From: Candidatus Helarchaeota ASGARD archaeon Hel_GB_B
GTDB taxonomy: Archaea; Asgardarchaeota; Lokiarchaeia; Helarchaeales; HEL-GB-B
Assembly (NCBI GenBank): GCA_005191425.1
Contig: SUPR01000073.1
Coordinates: 1 to 18,206 of the forward strand
Direction of reading: 5' to 3'
DNA length: 18,206 nucleotides
Shown: one piece after another, positions 17,929-18,206 of the stretch
Numbering within the stretch: position 1 is the first letter of the stretch
How the letters are laid out: every line of letters begins with the position of its first letter
Position numbers and translations under genes: made by a program
The notes under the pieces: generated by a model
Databases searched by the model: none
What the model saw: the letters and a program-made list of their open reading frames with translations, nothing else
What the model was told of the DNA's origin: nothing

Positions 17929-18206
17929 TCATTGATCTTTCCGCTATAATCTAACGAATTGCTGTGGCTCGACTTGGATGCCGACTAATCCATATCAAAT
18001 AACCGAGTTTTTTTTATTATCTTTTTCCTTAACTTGACAAGAAGAATATCATTTTGATCAACTTATGAATTCTCATACATCTATGAAAAACTAATTCAAA
18101 TGCTGAATTTATCCTAAGCACCGAAAAAAATTTTTTAATCGATTTCTTTAACTTTTAAAATAACGAATTCTCAAATTGAAAATCACGAGTAATCATGAAA
18201 ATTGCC

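Noticed and set aside
1-18206. CRISPR array, rRNA or long direct/tandem repeats
   Set aside because: No regularly spaced repeats or rRNA-like sequence were seen by eye.

Overview
AT-rich prokaryotic window, most likely from an Asgard archaeon (Loki-/Helarchaeia-like). This is an inference from an IPGF-type sorting tail, TATA-like promoters, UPF0175/DUF3368 pairs and base composition. It is an eroding accessory region. The left end holds a partial zinc-ribbon/HTH/DDE (IS1/IS6-like) transposase, then a decayed RHH + tyrosine-recombinase module and other gene relics. Intact genes: a PIN toxin and a UPF0175/RHH antitoxin in an unusual head-to-head layout, an acyl-CoA synthetase with a ~150-aa SCP2-like lipid-binding insertion, a nitrilase-family hydrolase, a membrane-anchored alpha/beta esterase coupled to a 4-TM protein, an MntA-HepT pair, a YbiR/ArsB-NhaD-type permease, a PIG-L deacetylase and a canonical UPF0175-DUF3368 pair. 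Several AT-rich 'intergenic' tracts are frame-preserved pseudogenes, including a fossil paralog of the transposase. No rRNA, tRNA or CRISPR array was seen. All family calls come from motif recognition by eye; no database searches were run.
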